A stretch of 64,000 nucleotides of DNA from Basidiobolus meristosporus CBS 931.73 (lineage: Eukaryota > Fungi > Basidiobolomycota). The position numbers and the translations under genes are program-made. The stretch spans positions 1 through 64,000 of the forward strand of contig MCFE01000052.1 of assembly GCA_002104905.1 (NCBI GenBank). Direction: 5' to 3'. Positions 37,706 through 50,635 of this stretch are shown piece by piece. The first letter of the stretch is position 1, and every line of letters starts with the position of its first letter. The notes under the pieces are model-generated. The model was not told where the DNA came from, did not search any database, and saw only the letters and a program-made list of their open reading frames with translations.

Positions 37706-40700
37706 TGCTTGTGGAACAGATCATGCTAATTCTGTATGGCCTTGAGTTCCTGATGGTCCAAGAGTATGCTAGTGTAAGAGTGTAGCTGTGCAATTCATCT
37801 AACAGTAACATTAATCTTAGCCCACTGTATATCATTGCACTCAATGGCTTCACAAAGCTTCAATTGCCCTTTCTTTTTAGGCCTGGGTATAAGAACCGCA
37901 CTCTCTCCCACCCATGCTGTAAGAGGTTCTTCTGTAGACTTTACATTTGACAGCTGTTGTTTGACTTCAAAGACTCACAGTGTTTCCCTGCTATAACATT
38001 AGGAACTGATAGCTTTAGGACTTCTTTGGGCCATCTCATCCATCTTGTTAGCAACCATTGGCCCCATGTCTGGAATACAAGAATGTCTTAAAGTCATATC
38101 AGTGTTCGCAAAAAAGTGATATTATAGAGTTACACTTACAATATCCTTCTGTTTGCCCCATGGATATCACTACTATAATTCTGTTAAAATATTGGACCAT
38201 TTGGTATCATTTGGCAGCTAGAAACTTACTTGATAGTTCTGGACTAGTCTTGGTCACTGTAGAACCAACCTATAGCCCTTACTGTGCCACTTACTTCAGA
38301 CTTACAATCCTATGATAATTCCCCTGTAGCCAAGATCATATTAGCACTTTACCAAACATTATGTAACAACCCTGAAGCTGTTTCAGAGCGCTTCTGAGTG
38401 TTGAAAGCCTCATTTTACTTAGTGTTACAGCCATATTACTTCTACAAAGGTATATATACTATGCTTCATTATGTATAAACAACAATTTAACTATTACCAA
38501 TATTATTTGATAAGATCCTTATATCCAGATTGCTGCCTAAATTGCAATCAAAAATGAGCCCCAATTGCCTTAATCTATTCTAAAGATGGCATCAACCATG
38601 AAGCAGATAAATACAAACATCTTCTCTGTAAAAGGGAGGTATGATGGGAAGAACTACAGACTTTGGAGAATCAAGATGCAGATCCACCTTGGGGAAAGAA
38701 AGCTATGAAGTATAGTCACAGGAAAAGAAGTTGAGCCCAAAGGAACAGCAGTAGAAGTAGAGAAGTTCCAAGAGAAGCAGAGATAAGCCTTTGATGCCAT
38801 ATGAGTCAGTGTGCAAGATTCTGTTATTGTACCAAATTATGCCTCAAATACCACCAAAGCAGCATGTGAATTCTTGGAGAAGATCTATAGAGCAAAGTCA
38901 GCATCAAGTCAGCATTACTTAAACAGAAACTCTTCAACATGAGGAAGAAGCCAGATGATGACATGCTACAACTCATTACTAGAATGACAACACTGGCAGA
39001 AGAGCTTTATAGAGTTAATACTAGTGTAGATGATGAAGAAAGATACTGTGTTTGCTTTGATGCTTACCAAACAAGTATGAGTCACTCATACTTTCCTTTG
39101 AAAGCAGAGAAGACAATATGACTATAGACTATGTCAAAAGAAGACTTGTCCATCAAGAACTCAGACATAATGATCATGCCAAGAAGATTGACAATTATGC
39201 TTTATTCAGCTCAGAAAGTCACCCTAAAGGAAGGGAAAGCAACAAAACCCCTATGAAAAATAATTCAGTCCCGCAGGTGGATCCAATCTGGATCAGCCAT
39301 CAAGATCCCATTTGAAGACTGTCATAATAACAGCAGCTTGGAATTAGTGACCCTCCTAACAATCTTATAACAAAATCATAATGGTGTTTTGCTAATTTTA
39401 CAGCCAAATAAAGGGATAAAACTTGCCAATATCTTATTGATGCTATAACAATATTCTCATAGTATTGTGGCGGTCTGTCAGCACTCTGAAACTATTATAA
39501 GTAAATCCAGTTGGCCAGGACATCCAATTGTCTTATATGGCAAGACACTTGATGGTATATCAACGGCCTCACAGCAAGACTCTGATGGCATTATATTGGC
39601 AGTATGACAGCCTACTGCTGGTTCTGTATAATGCTACCATACCAATTTATCAAATGGTATTTCCTTTTTCTACCTCCCCTGGTGCAATTCATATATTCCA
39701 CTATAGAATCACGTTTCTTCATTTGCTTACCAACTACATCCTTGGGTATTCCACATATAGTTCAAATCAAAAAAAAATATAGCCTCCTGCTTACCAACCT
39801 CTACAAACGTGCACACCTGCCTCAATTGACATACTTCTATCATCTCAACTTTACAGCTTTAGAGTGTGATACTTGCAAAGTTGCCATATACCTTGTACTG
39901 CTGGTAACATATGCGTCTTGCAAACATATACTTGGTTGTCTCCACTTCCACCATGAATACCTCCTGAATATCCACAAAGAACTTCTTGGTATTTAGCCAA
40001 TATATTCCCTCTCCCTGCTGGATTCTTGTCCCCCTTATTGGTGTGCTCTGGCTTTTGTTTGTGTGAATTCCGTATTGAATGGTGTAGAAGTTTGCTTGTG
40101 ACCACAAGAAATCTGGCATATCTTAGTGGAGTTTTCCTGATAAAAATTAGTTGCTTGTTGCACCTAACCCAATTTTGCATTACTTGACTGATTACCCACG
40201 CATTTGGGCTGCTTAGCTTCTTAATGCCATAGGTATAGGTGTCTCCATGTGCATCTTTGATCTCAGTATTTTCTAACTCTTTCTGGCTGTCTTGCATGTG
40301 CCAACTCATCACATCCATCACGGACTTGAAGGTAATATTCTTGATGAGAATGGGATATGGTAGTACCTGTGACTTGACTTGTCTTCCTATCTCCCCACAC
40401 ATCTGCTTCATAGAAAACTCCCAAAAGGTGAAGCAAGGCCCCATATTCTCCACACACTGTACAAGATGGAATAGAGAATGGATACAGCAGTGGCAGAGAT
40501 CTACATGTTCAGCTTTATGAATGTAGTATAGCTGCTCAAGTCCCATCACAAACTCCTCACACAGCAGCTGTAGATGCATCAAGTTGGCATTGGTGATCTG
40601 CTTCTGGTTAAATATTCCTACAATGTCCACATATGACTCCCAATGCTTCCAATGTACTCTTTGTAGGAATGGCTTCAGAACACCACTTGAATAAATACAT

Positions 40701-41093
40701 ATCCATTCATCCAGTCTTTGCTTTTGTTATGATCTGCCGCTTGAATGTTTAAGTTAGATCAGTTTTTAGTCAAATCAATTAGTATATGTTTAGGTTATCA
40801 GTATATCAGTATTATCTATGAAATCAGTAGCATTAGTCAGCAAATGAATCAGCAGATCCTTATCAGACAGAAATAGATATATTAAGTAGGATCTTATTGG
40901 GTGATGATGATGCAATCAAATGAGTCATCAGCCACAACCTACATTAGGAAATACAATTAGTCAGCAATTGATCTGGCAAAATGTATATAAGGAGCTGCTG
41001 GAACCTCAATAAAAATCAGTTCAAGTTTTAGTGAATACAATACTAGCTAAACTCCCTATTCCTCTACAACTCTTATACCAAGACTTGTAACAT

Positions 41094-41104
41094 TGGTAGC
41101 AGCG
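41094..41104 (+). promoter_or_regulatory. Gypsy primer-binding site, tRNA 3'-end type (TGGTAGCAGCG), probably initiator Met
   Basis: One base after the LTR; TGG pairs with tRNA CCA. Conserved at 27864-27873 and 60431-60440. Confidence 0.75.
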
Positions 41105-41151
41105 ATAACCAGAAACCTCCCTCCTGAAGAAAAGAAGAAACCACCCTCAAG

Positions 41152-43965
41152 ATGTCGGACAATCAAGAATGGAAGAATGCCATGCAGCAAATCCTGGCCC
41201 AACAGCAACAGTTACTCCAGATCCTCAGCCAACAGCAACAAGGAATGACTACCATGGCTCAGAGCCAGCAAAGCCCTGTCAAGAGCAACTTTAGTGTGAA
41301 GGTCAACCGGTACCATGGCAGAGTCAATGAAAACCTGGGAACTTGGCTCTTTCAGATTGAAGAAGCTTTTAAAGCTAAAGGAATTGCTCCAGAGAGCAAG
41401 TTGCATTATGCAGCTTCTTACCTGGCAGATGCAGCTTTACAGTGGTACCACAACAAGATCAGGTCAGCTACTATGATGGGATGCTCTACAATCTCTACCT
41501 GGGATGAGTTTGTGTCGGAAATTCAGGATGCTTTTGAACCTCCACACCAGCAGACACTACTAAGAAGGAAGTTAAAGACACTCAGACAGAAAGGAATGGT
41601 GCAAGAATACATCTATGAGTACAGATGTCTACTTGGACAAATTGAAAGAATGGACCCCTTGGATCAAGTTGAATACTTTATTGATGTGTTGAAAGAAAGA
41701 ACTCGCAAGGAAGTCAATTACCGAAGACCTCAGACTATTGAAGAAGCTATCAAGATTGCCATTGACTATGACTCAGCTATGTTTGGAGTTGGGAAGCCTA
41801 CAGTGACTAATCAGAAAGGCTATAATCATTATGAAAGAAGACAATCAGAAGCAGTACCAATGGAAATAGACGCTATGCAGAAGAATCCCTCCTCAGAAGA
41901 ATGCAAGAAGAGAGGACTTTGCTTCAATTGCCACCAGCAGGGACATATTGCAAAGTACTGCCCTCAGAGAAGAAATGGACACCAGCCAACAAGAACCTTC
42001 AACCATATTGAGTCCCATGAACACAATAATGAGGAAGATGAGCTTGAAGAAGACTCGGAACTCACCTTCCATATGACAGAAGAGTACTTGTCCCAAATGA
42101 CTTCAAACTCAGGGAAGTTATTGTACCTGAATGGAGCAATCAATGGAGTACCTGCCAAGATCATGATTGACTCAGGAGCATCGCATGAGTACATGTCAGA
42201 GCAATTTGCTTTGAAAGCTGGAATCAACTCGGAACCTACCAAATCAACTTCAGTTTCCACAGCTGATGGGAACTCCCACATAATCAACCGTATTACCCAG
42301 CCAGTAAGAATGAAGATCAATGACTATGAAGAAGACCTACAGGCTTATATATTTGGGAACTGCAAGTTTGACCTTGTACTTGGGAAAACCTGGCTATTTT
42401 GTCGTAATCCATCAATCAACTGGAGAACCCATGCTACTCAGATCCAAAAAGACAACAAGACCTATGAGCTATTACCTGCCAGGCTGGATTTCAACTTGGT
42501 CAATTCCAGTGTGTGTGAGACAAGTGAACTTAGCAAGACCCAGTTCTGTAGAGCACTTAGAAAAGGTACCCAGATGTTCCTCATGGCAGTATTACAGGAG
42601 GATTCCTCTATCCCAGCACCCCAGCAGGTCCAGACTCTCTTGAAGAAATATTCAGACGTGTTTCCAGATGAGCTTGTAAGCCTACCACCAGTCAGAGACG
42701 TGGATCATGCCATTGACACAGGAGATAGCCCTCCAGTGAGCAAGACACCTTACAGAATGAGTCCATTAGAATTGGAGGAAATGAAGAGACAAATTGATCA
42801 GCTATTGGAGCAAGGATACATTAGGCCCAGCAAGTCACCCTGGGGAGCACCAGTGCTTTTTGTGAAAAAGAAGGATGGAACACTTAGGATGTGCATTGAC
42901 TACAGAGCCCTGAACTCAGTTACCGTCAAGAATAAGTACCCCATACCTCGGATTGATGAGCTTTTAGACCAACTTAATGGAGCCACTATTTTCAGCAAGA
43001 TTGACCTCATGTCAGGATACAACCAGATTAGGGTGAAACCAGAAGATATCCCTAAGACAGCATTCAGGACCAGATATGGACATTACGAGTACTTAGTCAT
43101 GAGTTTTGGCCTCACTAATGCCCCTGCAACATTCATGACGCTGATGCAGACTGTCTTTCAGGAGTACTTAGACAAGTTTGTGATAATCTACCTGGATGAC
43201 ATATTGATATACAGCAAGACAGAAAAGGATCACATGGTACACATTGAAAAGGTGTTGAAGAAACTAAGAGAGAACAAGCTATATGGCAAGCTAGCCAAGT
43301 GTGAATTCTTCAAGGAACACGTAGAATATCTGGGACACATAGTGACTAGCACAGGAGTAACCTTAGACCCCAAGAAGGTGGAAGTAATCAAGAATTTGAA
43401 GCAGCCCCATAGCATATCAGAACTCAGATCCTTCCTTGGAATGGTTTCCTATTATCGGAGATTTGTCAAGTCATTTGCAAGTATTGCAGCCCCTTTAACT
43501 GATATCCTCAAGAAAGACAATACCTACAAGTGGGACATAGCTTGTGAGACTGCCTTCCAGACGCTAAAGAATGAACTTGCTAAGTTGCCAAGCTTAAGAA
43601 TACCAGACTTCAGAAAAGAGTTCACTCTATGCACAGATGCTTCAGATTACGCAATTGGTGGAGTGCTGAGCCAAGAACACGAGGGAAAGGACTACCCTGT
43701 TGCCTTTGAATCCAAGAAACTGAACTCAGCAGAACAAAACTATCCAGTCCATGAGAAGGAGATGCTTGCTATAATACACTGTTTGAAGACATGGAGATGC
43801 TATATTGAAGGAGTCAAATGCACTGTGAAGACTGATCATGCCTCCCTCAAGTATATATTTACTCAGAAGGTACTCTCTAGAAGAATGACAAGATGGAGTG
43901 AATACATTCAGCAATTTGACCTGGAGATTGTCTACTGCCCTGGAAAAAAACAACACGGTTGCTGA
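41152..43965 (+). CDS. Gypsy Gag-PR-RT-RNase H polyprotein (single ORF)
   Basis: CCHC knuckle [14 protein letters not shown], protease IDSGA, RT YLDD, RNase H TDAS...HEKEMLAI. Confidence 0.95.
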   Translation: MSDNQEWKNAMQQILAQQQQLLQILSQQQQGMTTMAQSQQSPVKSNFSVKVNRYHGRVNENLGTWLFQIEEAFKAKGIAPESKLHYAASYLADAALQWYHNKIRSATMMGCSTISTWDEFVSEIQDAFEPPHQQTLLRRKLKTLRQKGMVQEYIYEYRCLLGQIERMDPLDQVEYFIDVLKERTRKEVNYRRPQTIEEAIKIAIDYDSAMFGVGKPTVTNQKGYNHYERRQSEAVPMEIDAMQKNPSSEECKKRGLCFNCHQQGHIAKYCPQRRNGHQPTRTFNHIESHEHNNEEDELEEDSELTFHMTEEYLSQMTSNSGKLLYLNGAINGVPAKIMIDSGASHEYMSEQFALKAGINSEPTKSTSVSTADGNSHIINRITQPVRMKINDYEEDLQAYIFGNCKFDLVLGKTWLFCRNPSINWRTHATQIQKDNKTYELLPARLDFNLVNSSVCETSELSKTQFCRALRKGTQMFLMAVLQEDSSIPAPQQVQTLLKKYSDVFPDELVSLPPVRDVDHAIDTGDSPPVSKTPYRMSPLELEEMKRQIDQLLEQGYIRPSKSPWGAPVLFVKKKDGTLRMCIDYRALNSVTVKNKYPIPRIDELLDQLNGATIFSKIDLMSGYNQIRVKPEDIPKTAFRTRYGHYEYLVMSFGLTNAPATFMTLMQTVFQEYLDKFVIIYLDDILIYSKTEKDHMVHIEKVLKKLRENKLYGKLAKCEFFKEHVEYLGHIVTSTGVTLDPKKVEVIKNLKQPHSISELRSFLGMVSYYRRFVKSFASIAAPLTDILKKDNTYKWDIACETAFQTLKNELAKLPSLRIPDFRKEFTLCTDASDYAIGGVLSQEHEGKDYPVAFESKKLNSAEQNYPVHEKEMLAIIHCLKTWRCYIEGVKCTVKTDHASLKYIFTQKVLSRRMTRWSEYIQQFDLEIVYCPGKKQHGC

Positions 43966-45286
43966 TGCCTTATCAAGATTAGATCAAGTTGCACAACTCA
44001 ACTTGGTGCATGAATCAGATTGGCCTAGCCTATTACCAAAGTACTTGGAGGACCAAGCCATTCCTAATGAGGTGGATGAAGATATCAAGAAGATAATCCG
44101 GGATGAAGCCAGCAAATTTGTTGTACAGGATGAAACACTCTACCGAATTGTTGATGGAAGCCCTATTGCCTATTGTCCTTATGTTGCTCACCTGGATTTA
44201 ATACATAAGCTACACAATGGATATGGACATCTTGGGATTGAAGGAACCTATAGCCTTGTGAAAGCCAGAGCATGGTGGCCCAGAATGAAACAAGATATTG
44301 AGAAGCTAGTGAAAACATGTCCAAACTGCCAAATCAATCAGGGCCAGCCACAAAGAATTGCCGAACTCTTCCCTTTGGAGCCTGTCAGACCATTTGAGAG
44401 ATGGGGAATTGACTTTATTGGAAGACTGCCAACTACCAGGAAATGTAACTGTTGGATCCTAGTAGCTATTGACCATGCCACTAAATGGCCAGTTGCTAAA
44501 GCTGTACCAATAGCCAGTGAACAAGAAGTTGCAAGTTTCATTTACCATGAGATCCTGATGAAGTTTGGATGCCCTGTGGAGATCTTATCTGATAGAGGTG
44601 CAAACTTTATGGCAAAGACATTAGAGGCTTACCTGGAAATGCAGCAGATCAGACACTTGAAAACCTCAGCATATCACCCCAGAACTAATGGAGTCACTGA
44701 GCGGTTTAATGGATTATTTGGAAAAATGCTGACCAAGTATGCAAATGGAGTTGTCAGTAGATGGGATGAGTATATAGACCAAGCACTCTTTGCATGCAGA
44801 GTCAGAGTACACAACACCACCCAGCAATCACCATTTTACTTAGTTTATGGATGTGAACCAAGGATTCCAGGAGATCTCACACAACCAAAGCTTACAGACA
44901 CCTTAGAAGATGAACTCAGTCAGCCAAGTAGACACCAGCAACTGGAACAAAGACGTCAAGAGGCACAGACCAAAGTATCTCAAAGTGCAGAAAAGATGAA
45001 GCAGAGATTTGATAAGACTATAGCACCAGAAGCATTGACAGTTGGGAACTTTGTATTGCTAAGAAACAACACTTGGAAGAAGTTTGAGCCACAATGGACA
45101 GGACCATTCAAGATCATCAGAGAATGTCCATTTGCAACTTACCAACTGGTGGACAAGCAAGGTAATATCCGGGAAGACTTAGTGCATAGGGACAGACTCA
45201 AGCTTGCAAGACTTGCTGATAATACTGAACCATCAAGATATTGGTATCACAAGAAAAGAGATTCAGGAGAACCCTCTCAACTTTAG
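43898..45286 (+). CDS. Gypsy integrase (HHCC, DDE, GPF); offset +1 from the upstream ORF; no chromodomain
   Basis: HNGYGH...[25 protein letters not shown] and WTGPFKII. The ORF ends immediately before the PPT. Confidence 0.93.
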   Translation: MNTFSNLTWRLSTALEKNNTVADALSRLDQVAQLNLVHESDWPSLLPKYLEDQAIPNEVDEDIKKIIRDEASKFVVQDETLYRIVDGSPIAYCPYVAHLDLIHKLHNGYGHLGIEGTYSLVKARAWWPRMKQDIEKLVKTCPNCQINQGQPQRIAELFPLEPVRPFERWGIDFIGRLPTTRKCNCWILVAIDHATKWPVAKAVPIASEQEVASFIYHEILMKFGCPVEILSDRGANFMAKTLEAYLEMQQIRHLKTSAYHPRTNGVTERFNGLFGKMLTKYANGVVSRWDEYIDQALFACRVRVHNTTQQSPFYLVYGCEPRIPGDLTQPKLTDTLEDELSQPSRHQQLEQRRQEAQTKVSQSAEKMKQRFDKTIAPEALTVGNFVLLRNNTWKKFEPQWTGPFKIIRECPFATYQLVDKQGNIREDLVHRDRLKLARLADNTEPSRYWYHKKRDSGEPSQL

Positions 45287-46647
45287 TAGGGGAGAATGTT
45301 ATGATCTGCCGCTTGAATGTTTAAGTTAGATCAGTTTTTAGTCAAATCAATTAGTATATGTTTAGGTTATCAGTATATCAGTATTATCTATGAAATCAGT
45401 AGCATTAGTCAGCAAATGAATCAGCAGATCCTTATCAGACAGAAATAGATATATTAAGTAGGATCTTATTGGGTGATGATGATGCAATCAAATGAGTCAT
45501 CAGCCACAACCTACATTAGGAAATACAATTAGTCAGCAATTGATCTGGCAAAATGTATATAAGGAGCTGCTGGAACCTCAATAAAAATCAGTTCAAGTTT
45601 TAGTGAATACAATACTAGCTAAACTCCCTATTCCTCTACAACTCTTATACCAAGACTTGTAACACTTTTGTATTGTTGAATATGTGTATGAATAATAATT
45701 GGAGCCTGTGAGAAGTACTTAGACTAGCGGATACTCTGTAATATCTTGCCAATTCTTTCAAATTTCTCCAGTATCTTGAAGTGCTCATATAGCTTGAAAT
45801 GCTCAATGTACAACTTGGTCATCAGTACAGGAATACAGTTGAAAAGCAAGTGCATTGCTCCCAGTGGAAAGTTTTTGCCCCAACAGATACCCTCTGACTT
45901 AAGTATCTCCGGTTTCTGATTGATTCCATATTCCAGCCAATGGCATATAGCTTGCCAACTTTGCTGCAATTACATGCTTACTTCAGTATGTTCTCTGTGT
46001 GGAAAGTTGATGTTCCTAGTGCTGGTATTTGGGTAATAATAATGTGTGTGAGTTGTAGACTAAATCCTCTGGATCTCACACATTTGACAGCAATACCGTC
46101 CATTGTGCCTGGAAAAACCTGCTATCTTGCTGATGGCTGGGGTATCTCCAATGCAGATAATAATATGTGCATTTACATGACAGCCATTTACCTTTATCCC
46201 ACTGGAACGCAAACAAAATTCATCCGCCAATGGATACAGGTAGCTATCCAGGTTGGATGGTGATTTAGGCCCAGATACCACTGAGACTACAATCAGATTA
46301 TTGCTCTGATACTGTAAGATGGGCAGCAGATTCAGATTGATGAGAATCAGTGGCCAGCAGGATTTGATTGTCAAGTACTTGTTTAATGAGAATCCATCAT
46401 GTGCTAAAGCAAAGGCTTGGTCATATGCACCTTCAAAGTAGCCCTTGCCTCTTAGCTGTTTGTAATGTTGGCCATTGAATATATTGGATGAGTTTGTGCT
46501 TGATTGATACTGAGTGTGGTACTGTAAAGCTTTGCAATATTTGCTGGACTGCATGAGCTTCCTCAGTCAGGTTATAACCAGAATATATCTGGAGTGTGAA
46601 CAATGTTTTCCCTCAATGGTGGCAGATTCCTAACAATTTGGACACAT

Positions 46648-47379
46648 TAGACTTGTTCCATTGGATAGTGCCACATTGAGCCATCAGTGCCAAATGTTGC
46701 CACAGTGTGCCAGAGAGGCCAAGTGAACCTAAACTTGGCCACTGAGTGTGAAACAAAGCTCTGCATCTTCATGCAAAGCAGCTCCTGTGTTTCACCTATG
46801 ATGCATGAGAAAATTCATTTTTTGACGTTTTTTTAGGTCAATGTTGTGCAGGATGTGTCAGAGCACAGAAGAACTGAAGATATGCATCAGGTACTCAATA
46901 CCCATGGCACTCTGAATCTAGCTCCTGTGGCTTGTATCATGTCACAAAAATGTATAGCACTAACTTGGTCCACTGGTACTATCTGGCACTATAAGTGCTT
47001 TGTATAGATCTTACTTTAGGGCTAATAATTAAATATAGTGCCAGATAGTATCAGTGGACCAAGATAGTGCCATACATTTTTGTGACATGATACAAGCCAC
47101 AGGAGCTAGATTCAGAGTGCCATGAGAATTGAGTACCTGATGCATATCTTCAGTTCCTCTGTGCTCTCACACATCCTGCACAACATTGACCTAAAAAAAC
47201 GTCAAAAAATGGATTTTCTTCAGCACAATGGGTGAAACACAGGGGTGGATTTGCATGAAGATGCAGAGCTATGTTGCACACTTTGTGGCCAAGTACAGGT
47301 TTATTTGGCCTCCCTGGCACACTATGGCATCATTTGGCACTCATGGCTCAATGTAGCACTATCCAATGGAACAAGTCTA
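46648..47379. mobile_element. 732-bp foldback/MITE-like element with Harbinger-like termini
   Basis: Inverted arms of 346 bp (46648-46993 and 47034-47379) around a 40-bp spacer. The ends TAGACTTGTTCCATTGGATAGTGCCA match the right TIR of 52636-56054. Confidence 0.85.
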
Positions 47380-47686
47380 TTGCAATGGTAGTATTTTTGG
47401 ATGTGAATGCCATGTAACTGTTAACACATGCTGGAATCAGGACAGTCTTGGGATCATATGCTGCCAGCTGCATGATGGTTGTCTACTTGTACCAAGTACA
47501 TGGTAAGTTGCATTCTGGTATGATTCTGGCAAGAAGTAGTAATAAATCCTTGAAGCCCCCATTACAGATATTAGTGGAAACATGCCACTTCTCTAGCTAT
47601 AATATTACATCCTTCACCAGTAGATGGATTATTAGGCTCACTTGGCTCCATAAAGTATCCTTGGCATTTGTTTCAACGGGTGTTGT

Positions 47687-48055
47687 TGTTGCAATTTAAG
47701 AAGTGATTTGGATATAAGGAACTTATCAAGAAATAGTGATAATAGTTGAACTGTTGTTTATTCATAAAGAAGCTCAGTATTTATACCTTTGTAGAAGTAA
47801 TACAGCTGCAACACTAAGTAGGGAGGGTTTCTCAATATTCAGGAGCATTCTGTAACAGTTTCAGGGTTAATACATAATGTTTGGTAATAGTGCTAATTTG
47901 ATCCTGACTATAGGGGAATAATCATAAGATCATATATCTGGAGAAAGTGGCAAAGTTAAGGCAGTAAATGAGTCCTACAGTGACTAAGACTAGCCTAGAA
48001 TTGTTAAGTAAATTTTTAGCTGCTGAATGATACCAAATAGTCCAATATTTCAACA
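47687..48055 (-). mobile_element. Copia family B solo LTR with a perfect 5-bp TSD (GTTGT)
   Basis: 369 bp. GTTGT at 47682-47686 and at 48056-48060. Confidence 0.92.
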
Positions 48056-48823
48056 GTTGTCTTGTTGTATCTAGGGATTTGTCCAGGCTCATACATGGTA
48101 CTGTTGTTAGGGGAGATAGGCTCAAGATCCATCAGTGAACCTTTTGTGTCAGAGCTATCACTCTGCATGCCATATTCAGAAGGCTGAGGTGAGCCAAAAG
48201 GTGTTACAAACTCACCTGACTCAGTTTGCGCAAGGTGACAAAGACAGCCAGGTGCCAACATAGAAGTATCAACTGGCCTGCAAGATAATGTTGGTACAGT
48301 AGTGACCAATGAATGGTCAAATATGACTTGTGTGGCAAAACACTGGCCGTGATCCTTGTAATACTTCCTATGCTGTGTGCATGCTTCATGGCTGAGAGGC
48401 TTGCCACAATAGCCACATGGTCTTTTTCTCTTTTCTTACAGCATTGAGTCAAAGTAGTCTTGTCCATGGGGCAAACAGTTTGACCTTCAACAATGTAACG
48501 CTATTATATCACTTTTTGGTCAATACTCATGTGAATTTAAGACAGTCTTGTATTTGAGACATTGCACCTACATGAATGTAAGATTCAATGATGACCTGCC
48601 ATAGTAAGCATGATAAATAAAGTTGTGGCACCACATACACAAGCATATGTAACACTATTTCCCCTTTGGTTTGACTCACTTCCATATATATGCTGCCAAA
48701 AGATAAAACAAAGTTGACTGGCTCTCAACCAAACCCCACTGCTGACAGCAACAGAAGAACAGTTGGACAACAGCTTGCTTTGACATTCAGTGCAACAAGC
48801 AGGGCTACATCCAAAAAGGCCCT

Positions 48824-50635
48824 GTGGACAGTGTGCCCATTGAAGGTATTAATGCGGACTCCTTGGGCTCTCAGTCAAGTAGGCAATTGAGAACCTCTGC
48901 AGAGCCACAAGCTGACCATTATGCTCAGGCAGGTGAGAATGTAGCAGGCACAGTACCCTCAGTTGAAGATCAGCAAGTGGCCATGATAACATCACCACCA
49001 CCCATATTAGCTTGTATGTTGCCAGCTCATACCAAAGCATTAATGAAGCAATTAGGTGCAGTGGCTGATAGGATAGATGCAATGGCCTAGAGAAATCAGG
49101 AAACAGTCCAGAAACAGGATGAGTGGATAATACATGTAGAGCAATCAATATCCCAGGTCAAGAAAGCAGGACCTTTGCTACAAAGAAGGAACTCAATTGG
49201 CTCAATGTCACAGCCACAAATTGAGCCATTTTCTGATGTGACAACAGAAAAACACTATACAGTCTTTGAAGCACAACAACAGTGCTCAAAGATAAAGCCC
49301 ACAGAAAAACCTATCACAGCATGGTAGGGAGACAATGTGGTTCTTATCCCAAAGCCTAAAAATCAAAAGACATTGAAGATCTGTGAAGCCATTGAGTGCA
49401 ATAATGAAGAGTGGGCTTATATACAAGAGGCTGTCAGAAGTTTAGCACACCATCACCTTAAGGCTGGCATATCATGGGACCATCAGGAACTCAAGGCCAA
49501 GCAGAGTGCACTTGACTTGTTCCATGCACATTATCCTGGATTCAAATGGGCAAATGGATTTTGGGCCATCATTGGTATGCTAAGAAAGTATTATAAGAAT
49601 AGCAGAAACTACCAAAGGAAGAAGAACAAGGGTGCCATAGCTAAAAATCAGCGGCTTCTTCAAGAGCCCATTATAAGCAGGGGGGAAAGCTCCAGACAAG
49701 CGTCAAAGAGATGTCAGGTAGCTGGAAGAGTGCCAATTAGTGACAAGCAGGCAGACAGGGCTGCACCAGCACAACATTTAGCAAGGAAAGAGCGTAGTAC
49801 CACTCAAGAGGCACCAAGTCAAAGTAGCAGTGAAGGACCTGGCAGTGATAAAAACCAGCTGCTTTTACAGGAGCCTGTCACAACTATGGTTGAAAGCTCA
49901 AAACAAGCTGAAAAGAAATGTCAGGTTGCCAGAAGAGTGCCAGCAAGGGACAAGCAGGCTAAATAAATGCGCCAGAGCGGAATTTATTGAGGAGAAAATG
50001 TAGTTCTTTGCAAGGAGCACTCAGACAAAGTAGCAGCAAAAGACCTGGCAGTGATAAAGGAGAAGGTAAAGGGAAAAATGTCTACCCAAGGATGAGACAA
50101 GTAGGCATGCAACTATCTGCAGCTTGTGCCAATCAATGCCGCAAGCCAGGAACAGACTGAATTCCATTGTAGCCAAGAAGAATTACCAACAAGAAAACAG
50201 CTGTTTTCAAAAGAGTTAGAAGCGCAGCCAGTTGAGCTATACTCCAACAAGGTAGATCAGCTTGCTGAAAAAGGCAATTTGTCTACCACAGCATCCACAG
50301 CCTCCATTGTTGACAGAGTGGAGATCCCACTGACAGACAAGGCTACAATGTCAAGAGCGCAAATGACTATTACAATGCCTTCAGTGGAGTTTTGGAACAT
50401 CAATAGGCACACCAAGGGGTTGCAGCACTTCTTCAAGAGCAATGCTCAAGAAAGAGCACTGGGATATTTACAGGATTTATTGCAAAGACTGGCACATGAG
50501 GTGTTAGACCTTGCAGTGCTGGCTGAAGACCAGGATGTGTGGGAACCAGTGAATGAACAGTGGCATAAAGCCATTGGGTTCCTGCCAATGTTGTGGAACC
50601 AGAGCTTTACAGCAGAAATACTTATTGAGTGGTAG
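48824..50635 (+). pseudogene. Second ORF of the CACTA-like element (unknown function), divergent from the transposase and broken by stops
   Basis: ORFs 48824-49090, 49337-49966 and 50126-50635 lie inside the TIRs. Homologous pieces occur at 31990-32380, 37706-38060, 59230-59830 and 61720-61880. Confidence 0.65.

Larger units (their letters stand above)
40725..45664 (+). mobile_element. Young full-length Ty3/gypsy retrotransposon with identical 368-bp LTRs (40725-41092 and 45297-45664)
   Basis: TG..CA LTRs with no difference found by eye. 4-bp TSD CTTT, PBS TGGTAGCAGCG at 41094-41104, PPT AGTAGGGGAGAA. Confidence 0.96.

Noticed and set aside
43940-43955. Programmed -1 ribosomal frameshift at the A-rich heptamer
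   Set aside because: The shift needed is +1, not -1, and the older copy is in frame at this site.
46657-47365. CACTA termini suggested by CACTATCC / GGATAGTG motifs in the palindrome
   Set aside because: These motifs are internal to the Harbinger-type TIR. The CACTA-like element's real ends are the CCCTA termini with the AAC TSD.
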